Shown here: piece by piece, positions 54,143-63,484 of the stretch
Numbering within the stretch: position 1 is the first letter of the stretch
Layout: the number at the start of each line of letters is the position of its first letter
DNA from: Clostridia bacterium
GTDB lineage: Bacteria; Bacillota; Clostridia; Christensenellales; CAG-917
Assembly (NCBI GenBank): GCA_017553325.1
Contig: JAFZMH010000004.1
Location: forward strand, 95,138 to 159,137
Length of the DNA stretch: 64,000 nucleotides
Reading direction: 5' to 3'
Program-made: the position numbers and the translations under genes
Notes under the pieces: model-generated
What the model was told of the DNA's origin: nothing
What the model saw: only the letters and a program-made list of their open reading frames with translations
The model's database searches: none

Positions 54143-54172
54143 AAAAAAAGAGCGTCTGCGATTTGCAGACGC
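54143..54172 (-). terminator. Rho-independent terminator after the XRE gene
   Basis: On the minus strand: GCGTCTGC-AAATC-GCAGACGC followed by TCTTTTTTTT. It is embedded in a 12-bp outer inverted repeat, GAGGTTGAGACA (54131-42) with TGTCTCAACCTC (54181-92). Confidence 0.75.
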
Positions 54173-54196
54173 ATCTAAATTGTCTCAACCTCGGAG

Positions 54197-54427
54197 CTAA
54201 CCGAGGAGTCCGTCAAACGTCTCCCCGAAAATTTCACAGAGTTTTGCGAGCATATCGAGGCTCGGCTCGGCGGTCTTCGTCTCCCACGCGCTGACCGTGC
54301 GTTGGTCCACTCCGACTATGTCCGCGAGTTCCTTTTGCGAAAGTCCTTTGCTCTTCCTCAAAGATTTGAGGTTTTCGGCAAATTTGATTTCCATCTTAGT
54401 TCTGCTCGCAAGTGCTACGCTCTTCAT
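54197..54427 (-). CDS. XRE family helix-turn-helix transcriptional regulator
   Basis: 76 aa. ..LKSLRKSKGLSQKELADIVGVDQRTVSAWE.. Confidence 0.85.
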   Translation of the reverse strand: MKSVALASRTKMEIKFAENLKSLRKSKGLSQKELADIVGVDQRTVSAWETKTAEPSLDMLAKLCEIFGETFDGLLG

Positions 54428-55218
54428 TTTTCGTCACCTTTTTCAACCTTATTCTCTTCTTGCTCAGTCTCTTCGCCGTCCTCTGCGTCACGCTCTTCTA
54501 CCTGATCCTTTTCTTGCGTGGGAACAATCAATGCGTCAAAGTCTTCAAAAGGACTTTCGTCCTCGTTTTCGACATAATTCGTGCGGTTAGATTGCTTGTT
54601 TTGCTCGTCGTCACCGTCTCTTAACACCCTTGCGATTCGCGGAATAATACGCGTGTAGGCAAGTTGTTCGACGAGGTTTATCGCAACGAGTACGAGCGTA
54701 CCCACAAGTGCGAAAACCCAAAACTTTATATCGGCTACCGCGTCATAGCGGACTATCGTGCTCGAAAACACGAAATACAGTAGCGCGAGCATCCCGACCG
54801 CATAGGCAATCTGCACGGGAAGCGAGATAAACCACTTGACGTTTTTGTTGACGAATATGCCGATAACAAGCGACATAGGGCCGAAATAGAGTATATATCC
54901 CATCACGCTCGCAAGGTCGCCGACGAGTACGGAGAGACCTGCGGATACGGCGTATGCAAAAAATGCCGAAAGATAATACTTTTTGCAGAGCGGAATCATA
55001 AGCACGAGTCCCGCCGCGGCAAAGAAGCCGAGCGTCCCGTACCTCGCCACGACGCTGAGCCACACGAGCAGAAGCGCAAGCGCGGAGCATATTCCCGCAA
55101 GCGCAACCCTGTATATCGCGCCTTGACGGCTGATTTTGCTGTTTGGTCGTTTCGTCATATCTTCAAGATTTTTATCAATACGAAAAGCCGACGCCGAAAG
55201 TGCTCGAACGTCGGTCAA
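54424..55218 (-). CDS. Membrane protein with an acidic C-terminal tail (unknown family)
   Basis: About 6 TM helices, then a D/E-rich tail. The track start at 55218 is TTG and ATG 55158 is an alternative. ATGA-type overlap with the XRE gene. Confidence 0.55.
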   Translation of the reverse strand: MTDVRALSASAFRIDKNLEDMTKRPNSKISRQGAIYRVALAGICSALALLLVWLSVVARYGTLGFFAAAGLVLMIPLCKKYYLSAFFAYAVSAGLSVLVGDLASVMGYILYFGPMSLVIGIFVNKNVKWFISLPVQIAYAVGMLALLYFVFSSTIVRYDAVADIKFWVFALVGTLVLVAINLVEQLAYTRIIPRIARVLRDGDDEQNKQSNRTNYVENEDESPFEDFDALIVPTQEKDQVEERDAEDGEETEQEENKVEKGDEK

Positions 55219-55221
55219 GGG

Positions 55222-55872
55222 TTAGCAACAGCGAATAAGGTCTCCGCCCATACATTCGCAACAGCAGTCCGCGCACCAAAGCGCTTGACAGGCTGCGCAA
55301 CAGCCGTCCGCCGCGTCCCCCGCGTGTCTTTGGCGATAGGTTCTTCCCTCGCCGCCCTGCTGAGTGGACTGATGATAGACGTCGTTTGCGCCGTCTTTGT
55401 CGTAGGGACGACTGCCGTCTATCTTCTTTTTGAGATTTTCAAGCGCGCGGGAATACTTCTCGTTGCCCGGCTCCATAGCAAGCGCGATTTCGAGTTGCTT
55501 CTTGCTGTCGTTGAGCCAATTCTTCTCATAAAAGACGACGGATTGATAGTAGTGCCACTCTGCGGATCTGTTGGAGATGTTGTCGAGAGCCCTTTGAGCG
55601 TCCTCGGGATTTTTGTTTCTTATCGCCTGCTTGACCGCTTCAAACGTAGACTCGCCCTCGCCGGAAACCGTCGCTCTGTCCATTGCTATCTCCATAGCGC
55701 GTTGATATGCGTCGTCGAGTTCGGTTATCTTTCTCGCGGCGGTGTCGCCTGCTTCGCCCGCGTCGAAAAGATGCTCTTGCAGTTCGGAGCGTTTTGCCTT
55801 GTAGGCTTCGAGTATTTCGCTTTGCGATGCGTTTTCTGTCACTCCCAAAATCACAAACGGGTTATTTGGCAT
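55222..55872 (-). CDS. J-domain-like/TPR-like protein with a Cys-rich C-terminus
   Basis: 216 aa. N-terminal NPFVILGV...EILEAYKAK is J-like but no HPD is seen. The last 28 aa contain 11 Cys (CCAACQALWCADCCCECMGGDLIRCC). Confidence 0.6.
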   Translation of the reverse strand: MPNNPFVILGVTENASQSEILEAYKAKRSELQEHLFDAGEAGDTAARKITELDDAYQRAMEIAMDRATVSGEGESTFEAVKQAIRNKNPEDAQRALDNISNRSAEWHYYQSVVFYEKNWLNDSKKQLEIALAMEPGNEKYSRALENLKKKIDGSRPYDKDGANDVYHQSTQQGGEGRTYRQRHAGDAADGCCAACQALWCADCCCECMGGDLIRCC

Positions 55873-56783
55873 TTTTGTTCTCCTTTCAGTAGCCTTTCTA
55901 TCTGCATCTCTATCCCGAGATACACGGTGTTCGAGAGCACGCCTTCGTACATTTTTACGTCCATACGGTTGTATGCTCCCACCATTTTATTGTAGGTTGA
56001 TTTCAACAGAAACGACAGTTCATCTGCGTTTTTGACAAGATAATCTGCCTTTTCGGCACATTTGCCATAGTTTAGCACTATCGGGTTGTAGCCGCCTTTT
56101 TTGCTGTCTTTTTCGACGTCGTCGACTGCGTCCATAAGATATACGAGACGTCCCAAATTGTAGGTGAAATCGTCTACATCGCGCTTCTCGTCGTCGGTCA
56201 AAAACTTTTTCGTTTCTGCATTTTCAGCGTCGTTTTCGCTTGATTTTTTCGCTTCGTCCTGGGCGATGAGTTCTCTCGTTATGTCGCGCATAAGACTTGC
56301 AAAAGTATCCGCCACTCTGTCTATGCTGTCGCAGTTTTCCTTTTCAAGCGTTGCAAGAAGCCCGAATCTCGCACGCATCATTTCGTCTATCTTGGGCATA
56401 TTCTTCGCCGCTTTTCTCTTTCTCGCCCACAGTCTCCACGCGAGCGGAGCGCGCAGTTTTTTGCCGTCCGCAACGTCGTCTTTCAGATTGTAATAGACGA
56501 GCAAAACGGCAAGGTCCGCCATTTTGAGCGACAATTCGTCAGGCAGGACGACGACCTTTTTTCTGCCGTTATACATACACGCCTTGCGTGCAAACTCGAC
56601 TCTCGTCTTTGTGATTTCGTGCATAAGCACGCTATAAAACGTCACGTCGTAGTTTGTGCAAAGTCTCGTCACCTCGCTCCCCGTCTTGTGAAGCGACTTG
56701 CATAGCCCGCAATAAAAGGACTGAAAGACGTTGAAGTCCTTTATCAGCATATTGTCCTTGTCCGGGATGACGTAGCCAAACAT
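55851..56783 (-). CDS. DUF5685 family protein
   Basis: 310 aa. MFGYVIPDKDNMLIKDFNVFQSFYCGLCKSL is the N-terminus typical of this family. Confidence 0.7.
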   Translation of the reverse strand: MFGYVIPDKDNMLIKDFNVFQSFYCGLCKSLHKTGSEVTRLCTNYDVTFYSVLMHEITKTRVEFARKACMYNGRKKVVVLPDELSLKMADLAVLLVYYNLKDDVADGKKLRAPLAWRLWARKRKAAKNMPKIDEMMRARFGLLATLEKENCDSIDRVADTFASLMRDITRELIAQDEAKKSSENDAENAETKKFLTDDEKRDVDDFTYNLGRLVYLMDAVDDVEKDSKKGGYNPIVLNYGKCAEKADYLVKNADELSFLLKSTYNKMVGAYNRMDVKMYEGVLSNTVYLGIEMQIERLLKGEQKCQITRL

Positions 56784-56813
56784 AATTCTTGCCTTTTTGC
56801 GCCTTTTAATTCT

Positions 56814-57827
56814 TTACGGGAGTTGCACGAAGCCTATCTTGCGATAGACCTTTGCAAGCGTTCTGTTTGCGATACGACTCGCCTTCTCCGCGCCGGATTT
56901 CATAACTTCGACGAGATAGTCCTTGTTGTTCATAAGGTCGCGGTATTTTGTTTGAATAGGTCTCAAATACTCGACAACCGCCTCGCCGACCTTCGTCTTG
57001 AAGTCCGCGTAGTTCGAGCCTGCAAACTCCTTTTCCACCGCCTGAACGGGCGTGCCCGTAAAGACGGAATATATCGTGATGAGGTTGGAGATTCCGGGTT
57101 TCGTTTCGTCGTAGACAATCGCCGTGTCGCAGTCCGTGACGGCACGCTTGAACTTGCGCATAATCGTGTCCGCGTCGTCAAGCAAGAACACCACGCCGTT
57201 CGTATTGTCGTCCGTCTTGCCCATCTTTGCCGTTGGATCCAAAAGGTTGAATATCTTTGCACCCTGTTTCGGGTAGAAACCGTCGGGAATGGTGAACGTC
57301 GGAGAATACTTCGTATTGAAGCGTTGCGCCACGTCGCGCGCGAGTTCGAGATGCTGTTTTTGGTCCTTGCCGATGGGCACGAGGTCCGTTTGATACAGCA
57401 ATATGTCCGCCGCCATAAGCGTCGGGTAGGCAAACAAACCCACGTTGACGTTTTCCGGCGCTTTTGCGCTCTTTTCTTTGAATTGAGTCATACGGCTCGC
57501 CTCGCCGAATTGCGTGTGGCAGTTGAGTACCCACGCGAGTTCCGCATGCTGTGGTACTTGAGATTGCACCGCGAGTATCGACTTTTCGGGGTCAAGTCCT
57601 ATTGCAAGGAAGAGCGCCATAAAGTCGTAGGTCCTGCGACGCAGGTCCGCGGGGAGATTCTCCACCGTGATGCTGTGCATATCCGCGACCATATAGATAC
57701 AGTTGTATTCGTCCTGCATCTTGACCATATTTTTGAGCGCGCCGATATAGTTGCCGAGTTGCAAATCGCCCGTCGGCTTCAACGCGCTGTACACGATTTT
57801 TTTCGGTTGATTTTGAATATCTGCCAT
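56814..57827 (-). CDS. trpS: Tryptophan--tRNA ligase
   Basis: 337 aa. P.G.L.LGNYIGA (HIGH-like) and KMGKT (KMSKS). Confidence 0.95.
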   Translation of the reverse strand: MADIQNQPKKIVYSALKPTGDLQLGNYIGALKNMVKMQDEYNCIYMVADMHSITVENLPADLRRRTYDFMALFLAIGLDPEKSILAVQSQVPQHAELAWVLNCHTQFGEASRMTQFKEKSAKAPENVNVGLFAYPTLMAADILLYQTDLVPIGKDQKQHLELARDVAQRFNTKYSPTFTIPDGFYPKQGAKIFNLLDPTAKMGKTDDNTNGVVFLLDDADTIMRKFKRAVTDCDTAIVYDETKPGISNLITIYSVFTGTPVQAVEKEFAGSNYADFKTKVGEAVVEYLRPIQTKYRDLMNNKDYLVEVMKSGAEKASRIANRTLAKVYRKIGFVQLP

Positions 57828-57861
57828 AATTGACTCCGTATTCTATCTCAAATATTATTTT

Positions 57862-58590
57862 CTATTCTTCAAGTGGCTCGACCGCAAATAGCGTTTCAAG
57901 CTTCTCTCTTGCCTGTTCTTCGTCCTTCGCCCTTACCCCGAGCGCCGAAAGGACCTCTTTTGCAAAGTTCATAGGGCTTTCGACTGATGCGATAATCGAA
58001 GGCGTGCCCTCGACTTCATCCTCGACGCACGCAAACGCCCCTGCCGCCAAAGCGGAAATCGGGTCGAACACGTAGTCGTCAAAGTCGCTGAAATCTCTTA
58101 TTAACTCATGAACGGCAGTTTGCTCCACGTCTATAACGTTAACGCCGTTTATCTTTGTCGCGCTGTCGTACGCGCCCACGAAGACGTCAAACGGCACTCC
58201 CGCGTTCTTTGCGACGACTGCGCCGCTGACGAAATCTTTGCAAGCGTCCGTGCAAGGCAAAAACAAGTTGGCGTGCCCCTCGACGTCCAAATCTACGTAG
58301 GCGGAAATCAAAACCGCCGCGATGACGAAAGGTCGAAGTTTTTCATCCTCAAAGGCAAAAGCCTTTGCACGCTCGAATTCCAAGACGTATAAATCCTCTT
58401 CGATCTCGACTATCGGGAAATCGCACGAATTTGCAAGCAAAGACCTGTCAATGCTCTTTGAAAAGCATTTTTCGAGGATAAGCGCTATCCTATCCGCCCC
58501 GTCGCAAGCGGCGATTTCGCAAAGCAATTTGTCATCCATAGTCCTGAAAGACGACGGAAACAGATTCCGCCGCCCCTTTTTTTCAATCAT
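57862..58590 (-). CDS. Hypothetical protein
   Basis: 242-aa acidic protein with backbone-like composition. No motif recognised. Confidence 0.5.
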   Translation of the reverse strand: MIEKKGRRNLFPSSFRTMDDKLLCEIAACDGADRIALILEKCFSKSIDRSLLANSCDFPIVEIEEDLYVLEFERAKAFAFEDEKLRPFVIAAVLISAYVDLDVEGHANLFLPCTDACKDFVSGAVVAKNAGVPFDVFVGAYDSATKINGVNVIDVEQTAVHELIRDFSDFDDYVFDPISALAAGAFACVEDEVEGTPSIIASVESPMNFAKEVLSALGVRAKDEEQAREKLETLFAVEPLEE

Positions 58591-58642
58591 TTACAGCCGT
58601 CAAACAGGACGGCTTTGCCGTAGGTTGCGCCGATGAAATTCA

Positions 58643-59074
58643 TCAGCCCTCATGCCTATATTTGTTCAAAAACTCCGGGAAGTTTTCTTCGGCCTCGCTG
58701 ACGGTGAGTACGAATTTGGTCTCCGTGTCTTTGCCGATTGAATATATGTCGGTGAAAAAGTCTTCCATCTCGCCGATGCTCTTGCCGAGCATTCTGTGGG
58801 CGCCGTCTATGTACAACGTTTCAATGTCGTGATTGCCGGCAAGAATTCCCTTGATAAAACCGATGAGAGATTCCTCGCTTATAGGAGCGTCCCCACGCTT
58901 CAAGAAATTGTCCGTATTGATGACTCTGACTTGATAGCGGAGAGAATACATATATCTGTCCGTGTCCGTAAGGAAGACGATGTCGCCCTTTGCGGTTTCG
59001 ACGTTGTCGTTTGCCATATCGATAATGACCTTGGTTTTGCCCGTGCCTTTTGCGCCCGTGATGAGTTTGATCAT
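58643..59074 (-). CDS. Small P-loop NTPase (unknown family)
   Basis: 143 aa from ATG 59074 (GGAGG 5 nt upstream; the track start is TTG). Walker A GAKGTGKT. Confidence 0.65.
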   Translation of the reverse strand: MIKLITGAKGTGKTKVIIDMANDNVETAKGDIVFLTDTDRYMYSLRYQVRVINTDNFLKRGDAPISEESLIGFIKGILAGNHDIETLYIDGAHRMLGKSIGEMEDFFTDIYSIGKDTETKFVLTVSEAEENFPEFLNKYRHEG

Positions 59075-59253
59075 AAGCACCTCCAAACTGTTCTATATAT
59101 ATTGTATATAAAGAACAGAAATATTTCAACCCTCAATTTTGAAGACTTCGTCTTTTTTTTTATTTTACGCTCCGAACGACTCAGTCGTCTATTTTTCAAG
59201 CAACTTGTTCTGAAGACTTCGTCTTTTTGTTTCCGCTTTGCATCCCACACAGC

Positions 59254-60342
59254 TTAATCGTCTATATTTTCAAGCAACTTGTTCTGCACGGCTATCTGCA
59301 ACGCGGAAATCATTTCGTCCATATCGCCGAGCATAAACTTGTCGAGGCTATAAAGCGTCAAGCCTATGCGGTGGTCGGTGACTCTGCCTTGCGGGAAATT
59401 GTAGGTTCTTATACGCTCGCTCCTGTCCCCCGTGCCCACCTGCATCTTGCGGTTTTCGGCGTATTCCTTTTGCGCCTGAGACTGATAGAAATCGTACACG
59501 CGAGATTTGAGCACTTTGAGAGCCTTTTCTCTGTTCTTTATTTGACTGCGCTCGTCCTGACACTCGACGACGATGCCCGTCGGCAGGTGCGTCATACGAA
59601 TTGCGCTCTCTGTCTTGTTGACGTGCTGTCCGCCCGCACCGCCCGAACGATAGGTGTCGACCTTGATGTCGTTCTCGTTGAGAACGACCTCGACGTCCTC
59701 GGCTTCGGGGAGCACCGCAACCGTGACGGTTGAAGTGTGGACTCTGCCCTGCGATTCCGTCTCCGGCACGCGCTGGACTCTGTGCACGCCGCTCTCGAAT
59801 TTGAGTTTGCCGTACACGCCGCTGCCAGTTATCATAAACACGAGTTCCTTCGCGCCGCCGAGTTCGGTGTAGTTCATATTGACTTCCTCGACCTTCCAGC
59901 GGTTGAGGTCGGCGTAGTGGCGGTACATCTTCATAAGTTCCGTACCAAAGAGCGCGGCTTCGTCTCCGCCCGCCCCTGCGCGAATTTCCATAATGACGTT
60001 GTTGTTTTCGTTTGGGTCCTTCGGGAGCATCGCGATTTTGAGTTCCTGTCCGTCGTTGTCGAGCGCGTCCCTCAAATCGTCGAGTTCCTGCTTGAACATA
60101 GCGCGCATATCCGCGTTCTTTTCAAGCGAAATCATCTCCTCGCAGTCGTCGAATTCAGATTTATGCTTTTTGTATCTCTCGTAAATCTCGACGATAGGCG
60201 CAAGTCCCGAATGTTCTTTGGAGAGTTCTTTGAACTCTTTTGCGTTGGAAATAACGGCGGGGTCGCCGAGCATTTCGCCGATTTCTTGGTATCTTGCCTC
60301 GATTTTGTCGAGTTTTTGAAGCATTCCATCAGTTATTTTCAT
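59254..60342 (-). CDS. prfA: Peptide chain release factor 1
   Basis: 362 aa. PET tripeptide region ([14 protein letters not shown]) and GGQ motif ([17 protein letters not shown]). Confidence 0.95.
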   Translation of the reverse strand: MKITDGMLQKLDKIEARYQEIGEMLGDPAVISNAKEFKELSKEHSGLAPIVEIYERYKKHKSEFDDCEEMISLEKNADMRAMFKQELDDLRDALDNDGQELKIAMLPKDPNENNNVIMEIRAGAGGDEAALFGTELMKMYRHYADLNRWKVEEVNMNYTELGGAKELVFMITGSGVYGKLKFESGVHRVQRVPETESQGRVHTSTVTVAVLPEAEDVEVVLNENDIKVDTYRSGGAGGQHVNKTESAIRMTHLPTGIVVECQDERSQIKNREKALKVLKSRVYDFYQSQAQKEYAENRKMQVGTGDRSERIRTYNFPQGRVTDHRIGLTLYSLDKFMLGDMDEMISALQIAVQNKLLENIDD

Positions 60343-62222
60343 ACTCGTTTCACCACCGCAATTCTCTCGACGCCTTCGATATCTTTCAAGATTTCAACTT
60401 GAAAACCTTCAAATATACTCCTTATTGCGTCCGCTTGATTTATGCCGAATTCCAAAAGCAACACGCCGTCCTCCGCAAGATATGCGTCAAGGTTTTTTGC
60501 GATTATGCGATAAAACTTTAGTCCGTCCTCCGCGCCGTCGAGCGCAAGTCTCGGTTCGAAACTCTTGACTTTCAAGTCCAGCGTCTCAATATCTTTCGAC
60601 GGTATGTACGGCGGGTTTGACACTATGACGTCAAATTTGCCTTCCAACTTTTCAAACATATTCGACAATAAAAAGTCTATATTTGCCCCGCCGTTTAAAG
60701 CGTTTGCACGCGCTACGTCGAGCGCAGGCGCGCTCACGTCGGACGCTGTCACGCGCGCTCCCGTCTTCAAAGCGAGGACGGTTGCAATCGCTCCGCTTCC
60801 CGTGCACAAATCGAGGACGCGCTGTTCGTCGCCGAGCGTTTCTTTTTTGCCGTTTACAATCTCTATCGCTTTTTCAACCAGTTCTTCCGTTTCGGGGCGA
60901 GGAATGAGCACGTTTTGATTGACGGAAATTTTTACTCCGTAAAAATCGCAATAACCGACCGCGTATTGGAAAGGCAGTCCCGTCGCCATCTTCTTCGCGA
61001 TGAGTTCGCCCGCGTCGTATTGCTCTTTTGAAAGCACTTTCAAGTCCTTGACTTCACTGCGCTTGCATCCCATAATCTCAACGAACAGCCAGTCTATATC
61101 CGCCTCGTCCGCGGACGGTGCGAGTTTTTCAAAGCGACTTCTAGCCACTCCGTAAGGGACGTTGATGCTGAATTTCCTCTCGGGAACGTTCGGATTCTCT
61201 TCCATTTCGAGCACGGTCTTGAAGGCTACGATTGCAACTTCAAGCATATCGTCGTCCGGCTCGCGCGTAGTGAGTTTTTGAAGGAGCATTCCCGGCGCGC
61301 GCAATATGCGCACGAAGAGACAATCGCTCTTTGCAAGAAGTTTCAAAAGTTCGTACGATATACCCGCGACTACGGGCACGAACAAAAGTTTGAACCCGAG
61401 CCTTATAAATACGTTTGCGACTTTGTATGCGCTCGTCTGATCGACGGTTATCAAAAGCCCGCACTTTTCGAGCATAAAGTTGATGAGCACGAACACCATA
61501 ATGCTGACCGCGATGACGAAGAACAGGAAGGTCGTTCCGCAACGAGAGTGCTCTCTTTTCATCTTTTTTGCGTTTTCGACGGTGAGGTCGAGCCCGTGCT
61601 CGAAGCACGCAATCGTCTTGTGCTCCGCTCCGTGATACATAAACACTCGCCTTATGTCCTTCATTATGGACACGGCAAGAATGTAGGAGATGAAAATGAC
61701 AAGCATAATTCCGCCTTCGATAAGGCTGTACCAAAGACTGCGCAGACTGCTCGTGTCGATGGCGGGAATATGGTCGCAGATGAGCCCCGCAAGGAAGTTG
61801 GGCAAAAACACGAAGAGCCCAACCGCAATTACCAAACCCAAAATGACCGAGAAAGTCATCAAGATATTCATCGGGTTGATTTTGAGTTTGTCGGACACCC
61901 ACTTGTCAAATTTGGATGGCTCGGCAAAATCGCCGTATACCTCGGCGGAGCGCATCATAATCCCCGTCCCCTCAAAGAGTTGAGTGACGAGGTTTACGAC
62001 TCCGCGAATAAACGGCAAGCGCAAAAACCAGTTGCGTTCCTTCGCGCTCTTCGTATACTTGTTCTCCACGGTGATGTCGCCCGTTGCGGAACGAACGGCA
62101 GTCGCAACCGAGTGCGGTCCCTTCATCATGACGCCCTCGATGACAGCCTGTCCGCCAATCGTGGTACGACAAGTCGCCTTGGATCTGTCCTTTTTGACTT
62201 TTTCTTTCTTTTCTTTGCTCAT
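60339..62222 (-). CDS. prmC: Fusion protein: DUF1385 (YqhQ-like) membrane domain plus release-factor glutamine methyltransferase PrmC
   Basis: 627 aa from ATG 62222 (the track start is GTG). N-terminal [15 protein letters not shown] and TM helices indicate DUF1385. C-terminal ..[10 protein letters not shown].. and ..VSNPPYIP.. indicate PrmC/HemK. ATGA overlap with prfA. Confidence 0.8.
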   Translation of the reverse strand: MSKEKKEKVKKDRSKATCRTTIGGQAVIEGVMMKGPHSVATAVRSATGDITVENKYTKSAKERNWFLRLPFIRGVVNLVTQLFEGTGIMMRSAEVYGDFAEPSKFDKWVSDKLKINPMNILMTFSVILGLVIAVGLFVFLPNFLAGLICDHIPAIDTSSLRSLWYSLIEGGIMLVIFISYILAVSIMKDIRRVFMYHGAEHKTIACFEHGLDLTVENAKKMKREHSRCGTTFLFFVIAVSIMVFVLINFMLEKCGLLITVDQTSAYKVANVFIRLGFKLLFVPVVAGISYELLKLLAKSDCLFVRILRAPGMLLQKLTTREPDDDMLEVAIVAFKTVLEMEENPNVPERKFSINVPYGVARSRFEKLAPSADEADIDWLFVEIMGCKRSEVKDLKVLSKEQYDAGELIAKKMATGLPFQYAVGYCDFYGVKISVNQNVLIPRPETEELVEKAIEIVNGKKETLGDEQRVLDLCTGSGAIATVLALKTGARVTASDVSAPALDVARANALNGGANIDFLLSNMFEKLEGKFDVIVSNPPYIPSKDIETLDLKVKSFEPRLALDGAEDGLKFYRIIAKNLDAYLAEDGVLLLEFGINQADAIRSIFEGFQVEILKDIEGVERIAVVKRV

Positions 62223-62266
62223 ATACACTCCGTTTCGGCAAGCCGAAACACAATCTGCTATTTTCC

Positions 62267-62295
62267 ATTCTATACGGAAATCGTACGCAAGTAAA
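62267..62295 (-). promoter_or_regulatory. Candidate promoter of the prmC-prfA operon
   Basis: On the minus strand: TTTACT (62290-62295), 17-nt spacer, TAGAAT (62267-62272). The 5' UTR contains the perfect hairpin GTTTCGGC-TT-GCCGAAAC just before the SD. Confidence 0.5.
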
Positions 62296-62360
62296 GTTAA
62301 ATTAGTATTAAAATATAAAATATATTTTGCGTACGCATAAAATCACGCAGAAAATAAAAA

Positions 62361-62408
62361 ATCACCTCGCCCAATTTGCTTTGCAAAAGACGAGGTGTTT
62401 TTTTTGGA
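62361..62408. terminator. Rho-independent terminator after rpmE
   Basis: CACCTCG...CGAGGTG stem with an inner TTTGC-AAA-GCAAA stem, flanked by an A-run and a T-run. Confidence 0.7.
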
Positions 62409-62439
62409 GTTGACGACGCAGGTCGCCAAACGACGCGCT

Positions 62440-62646
62440 TTAGTCGAGATTGTATCTCTTTTTGAATTTGTCCACGCGTCCGCCGGTGTCGACAAGTTTT
62501 TGCTTGCCCGTGAAGTACGGATGGCACTTGGAGCAAATTTCAACTCTGAGTTCCTTCACGTTCTTCGTCGTGCCGGTTTGGAAAGTGTTTCCGCAAGCGC
62601 AGATGACTGTGACGTCATGATACTCGGGATGGATACCTTCTTTCAT
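62440..62646 (-). CDS. rpmE: 50S ribosomal protein L31 (zinc-binding type A)
   Basis: 68 aa from ATG 62646 (AGGAGAA SD). MKEGIHPEY..., C-x-C ... C-x2-C-H-P. Confidence 0.95.
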   Translation of the reverse strand: MKEGIHPEYHDVTVICACGNTFQTGTTKNVKELRVEICSKCHPYFTGKQKLVDTGGRVDKFKKRYNLD

Positions 62647-62767
62647 CTTTGTTCTCCTAACTTTGATTTTTGCCCCCACACGCACCAAACTATGCGTATA
62701 TGACACAAAGTTTCTTTATTATATAAAGTGTTTTCGCCATTGTCAAGCGATTTAAAAAATTATTCTT

Positions 62768-63484
62768 TTATAGAAGCGCGGTCAAAAGTTTCTCTCTGAC
62801 CTCGGCAAGGTCTTCGTCTTTTAGCGTTCTCGACTTCTTGTCGCTTGCAATCTCTCCGCTTGCCACGACCTCGACGCCCTCGCCCTCTTTTTTACCGAGC
62901 ACGAAGTATTCGTCGGCAGCGAGAAGACACTCATCGATTGCGTGCGTCACAAAGATGATGGTGCGCGGAGACTTTTCGTTGAGTTCGACAAGCGCGCCGA
63001 GCAGCCTTGCTTTGAGCGACGTGTCGAGCGCTTTGAACGGTTCGTCAAGAAGCAATACGTCGCTGTCGAAAAGATATGCTCTTGCCATAGCGACGCGTTG
63101 CGCTTGCCCTCCGCTTATCTCCGTGGGAAGCTTGTTTTCGACGTCGGATATTTCAAGCAATGCAAGCATATTTTCAATCTTTTCACGTCTTGCCCGCTTG
63201 TCCTTGATTTGAGCGCGTAATACCAAATCAAGGTTTTTATACACCGAAATCGTGGGTATTAACCTGTCTTTTTGAAAAATATAGCTTATTCCGCCTCCAT
63301 CCGTTTCAATCTCTCCGGAATAGTCTTTGAGCCCTGCGATAGCGTTCAAAAGCGTTGTCTTGCCGACGCCGCTTCTGCCCAAAATAACACTGATTTTGTG
63401 CTCTTTGAGTTCAAGGTTGAAGCCTTCGAAAATCACCTTATCGTCGTATCTCACGCCAAGGTTTTTCATCATAATTCCGCTCAT
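62768..63484 (-). CDS. ABC transporter ATP-binding protein (nitrate/sulfonate/taurine-type)
   Basis: 238 aa from ATG 63484 (GGAGG 7 nt upstream; ATGA overlap with the permease). Walker A GRSGVGKTT, signature ISGGQAQR, Walker B LLLDEP. Confidence 0.9.
   Translation of the reverse strand: MSGIMMKNLGVRYDDKVIFEGFNLELKEHKISVILGRSGVGKTTLLNAIAGLKDYSGEIETDGGGISYIFQKDRLIPTISVYKNLDLVLRAQIKDKRARREKIENMLALLEISDVENKLPTEISGGQAQRVAMARAYLFDSDVLLLDEPFKALDTSLKARLLGALVELNEKSPRTIIFVTHAIDECLLAADEYFVLGKKEGEGVEVVASGEIASDKKSRTLKDEDLAEVREKLLTALL

Noticed and set aside
53719-54174. 151-aa minus-strand ORF filling the arsR/XRE gap.
   Set aside because: It runs through the XRE-operon terminator and overlaps the arsR start region. 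It has no SD and a low-complexity sequence.
57828-57861. Looked for a T-box leader upstream of trpS.
   Set aside because: Only 34 nt separate trpS from the upstream gene, which is too short for a T-box riboswitch. trpS is probably co-transcribed.
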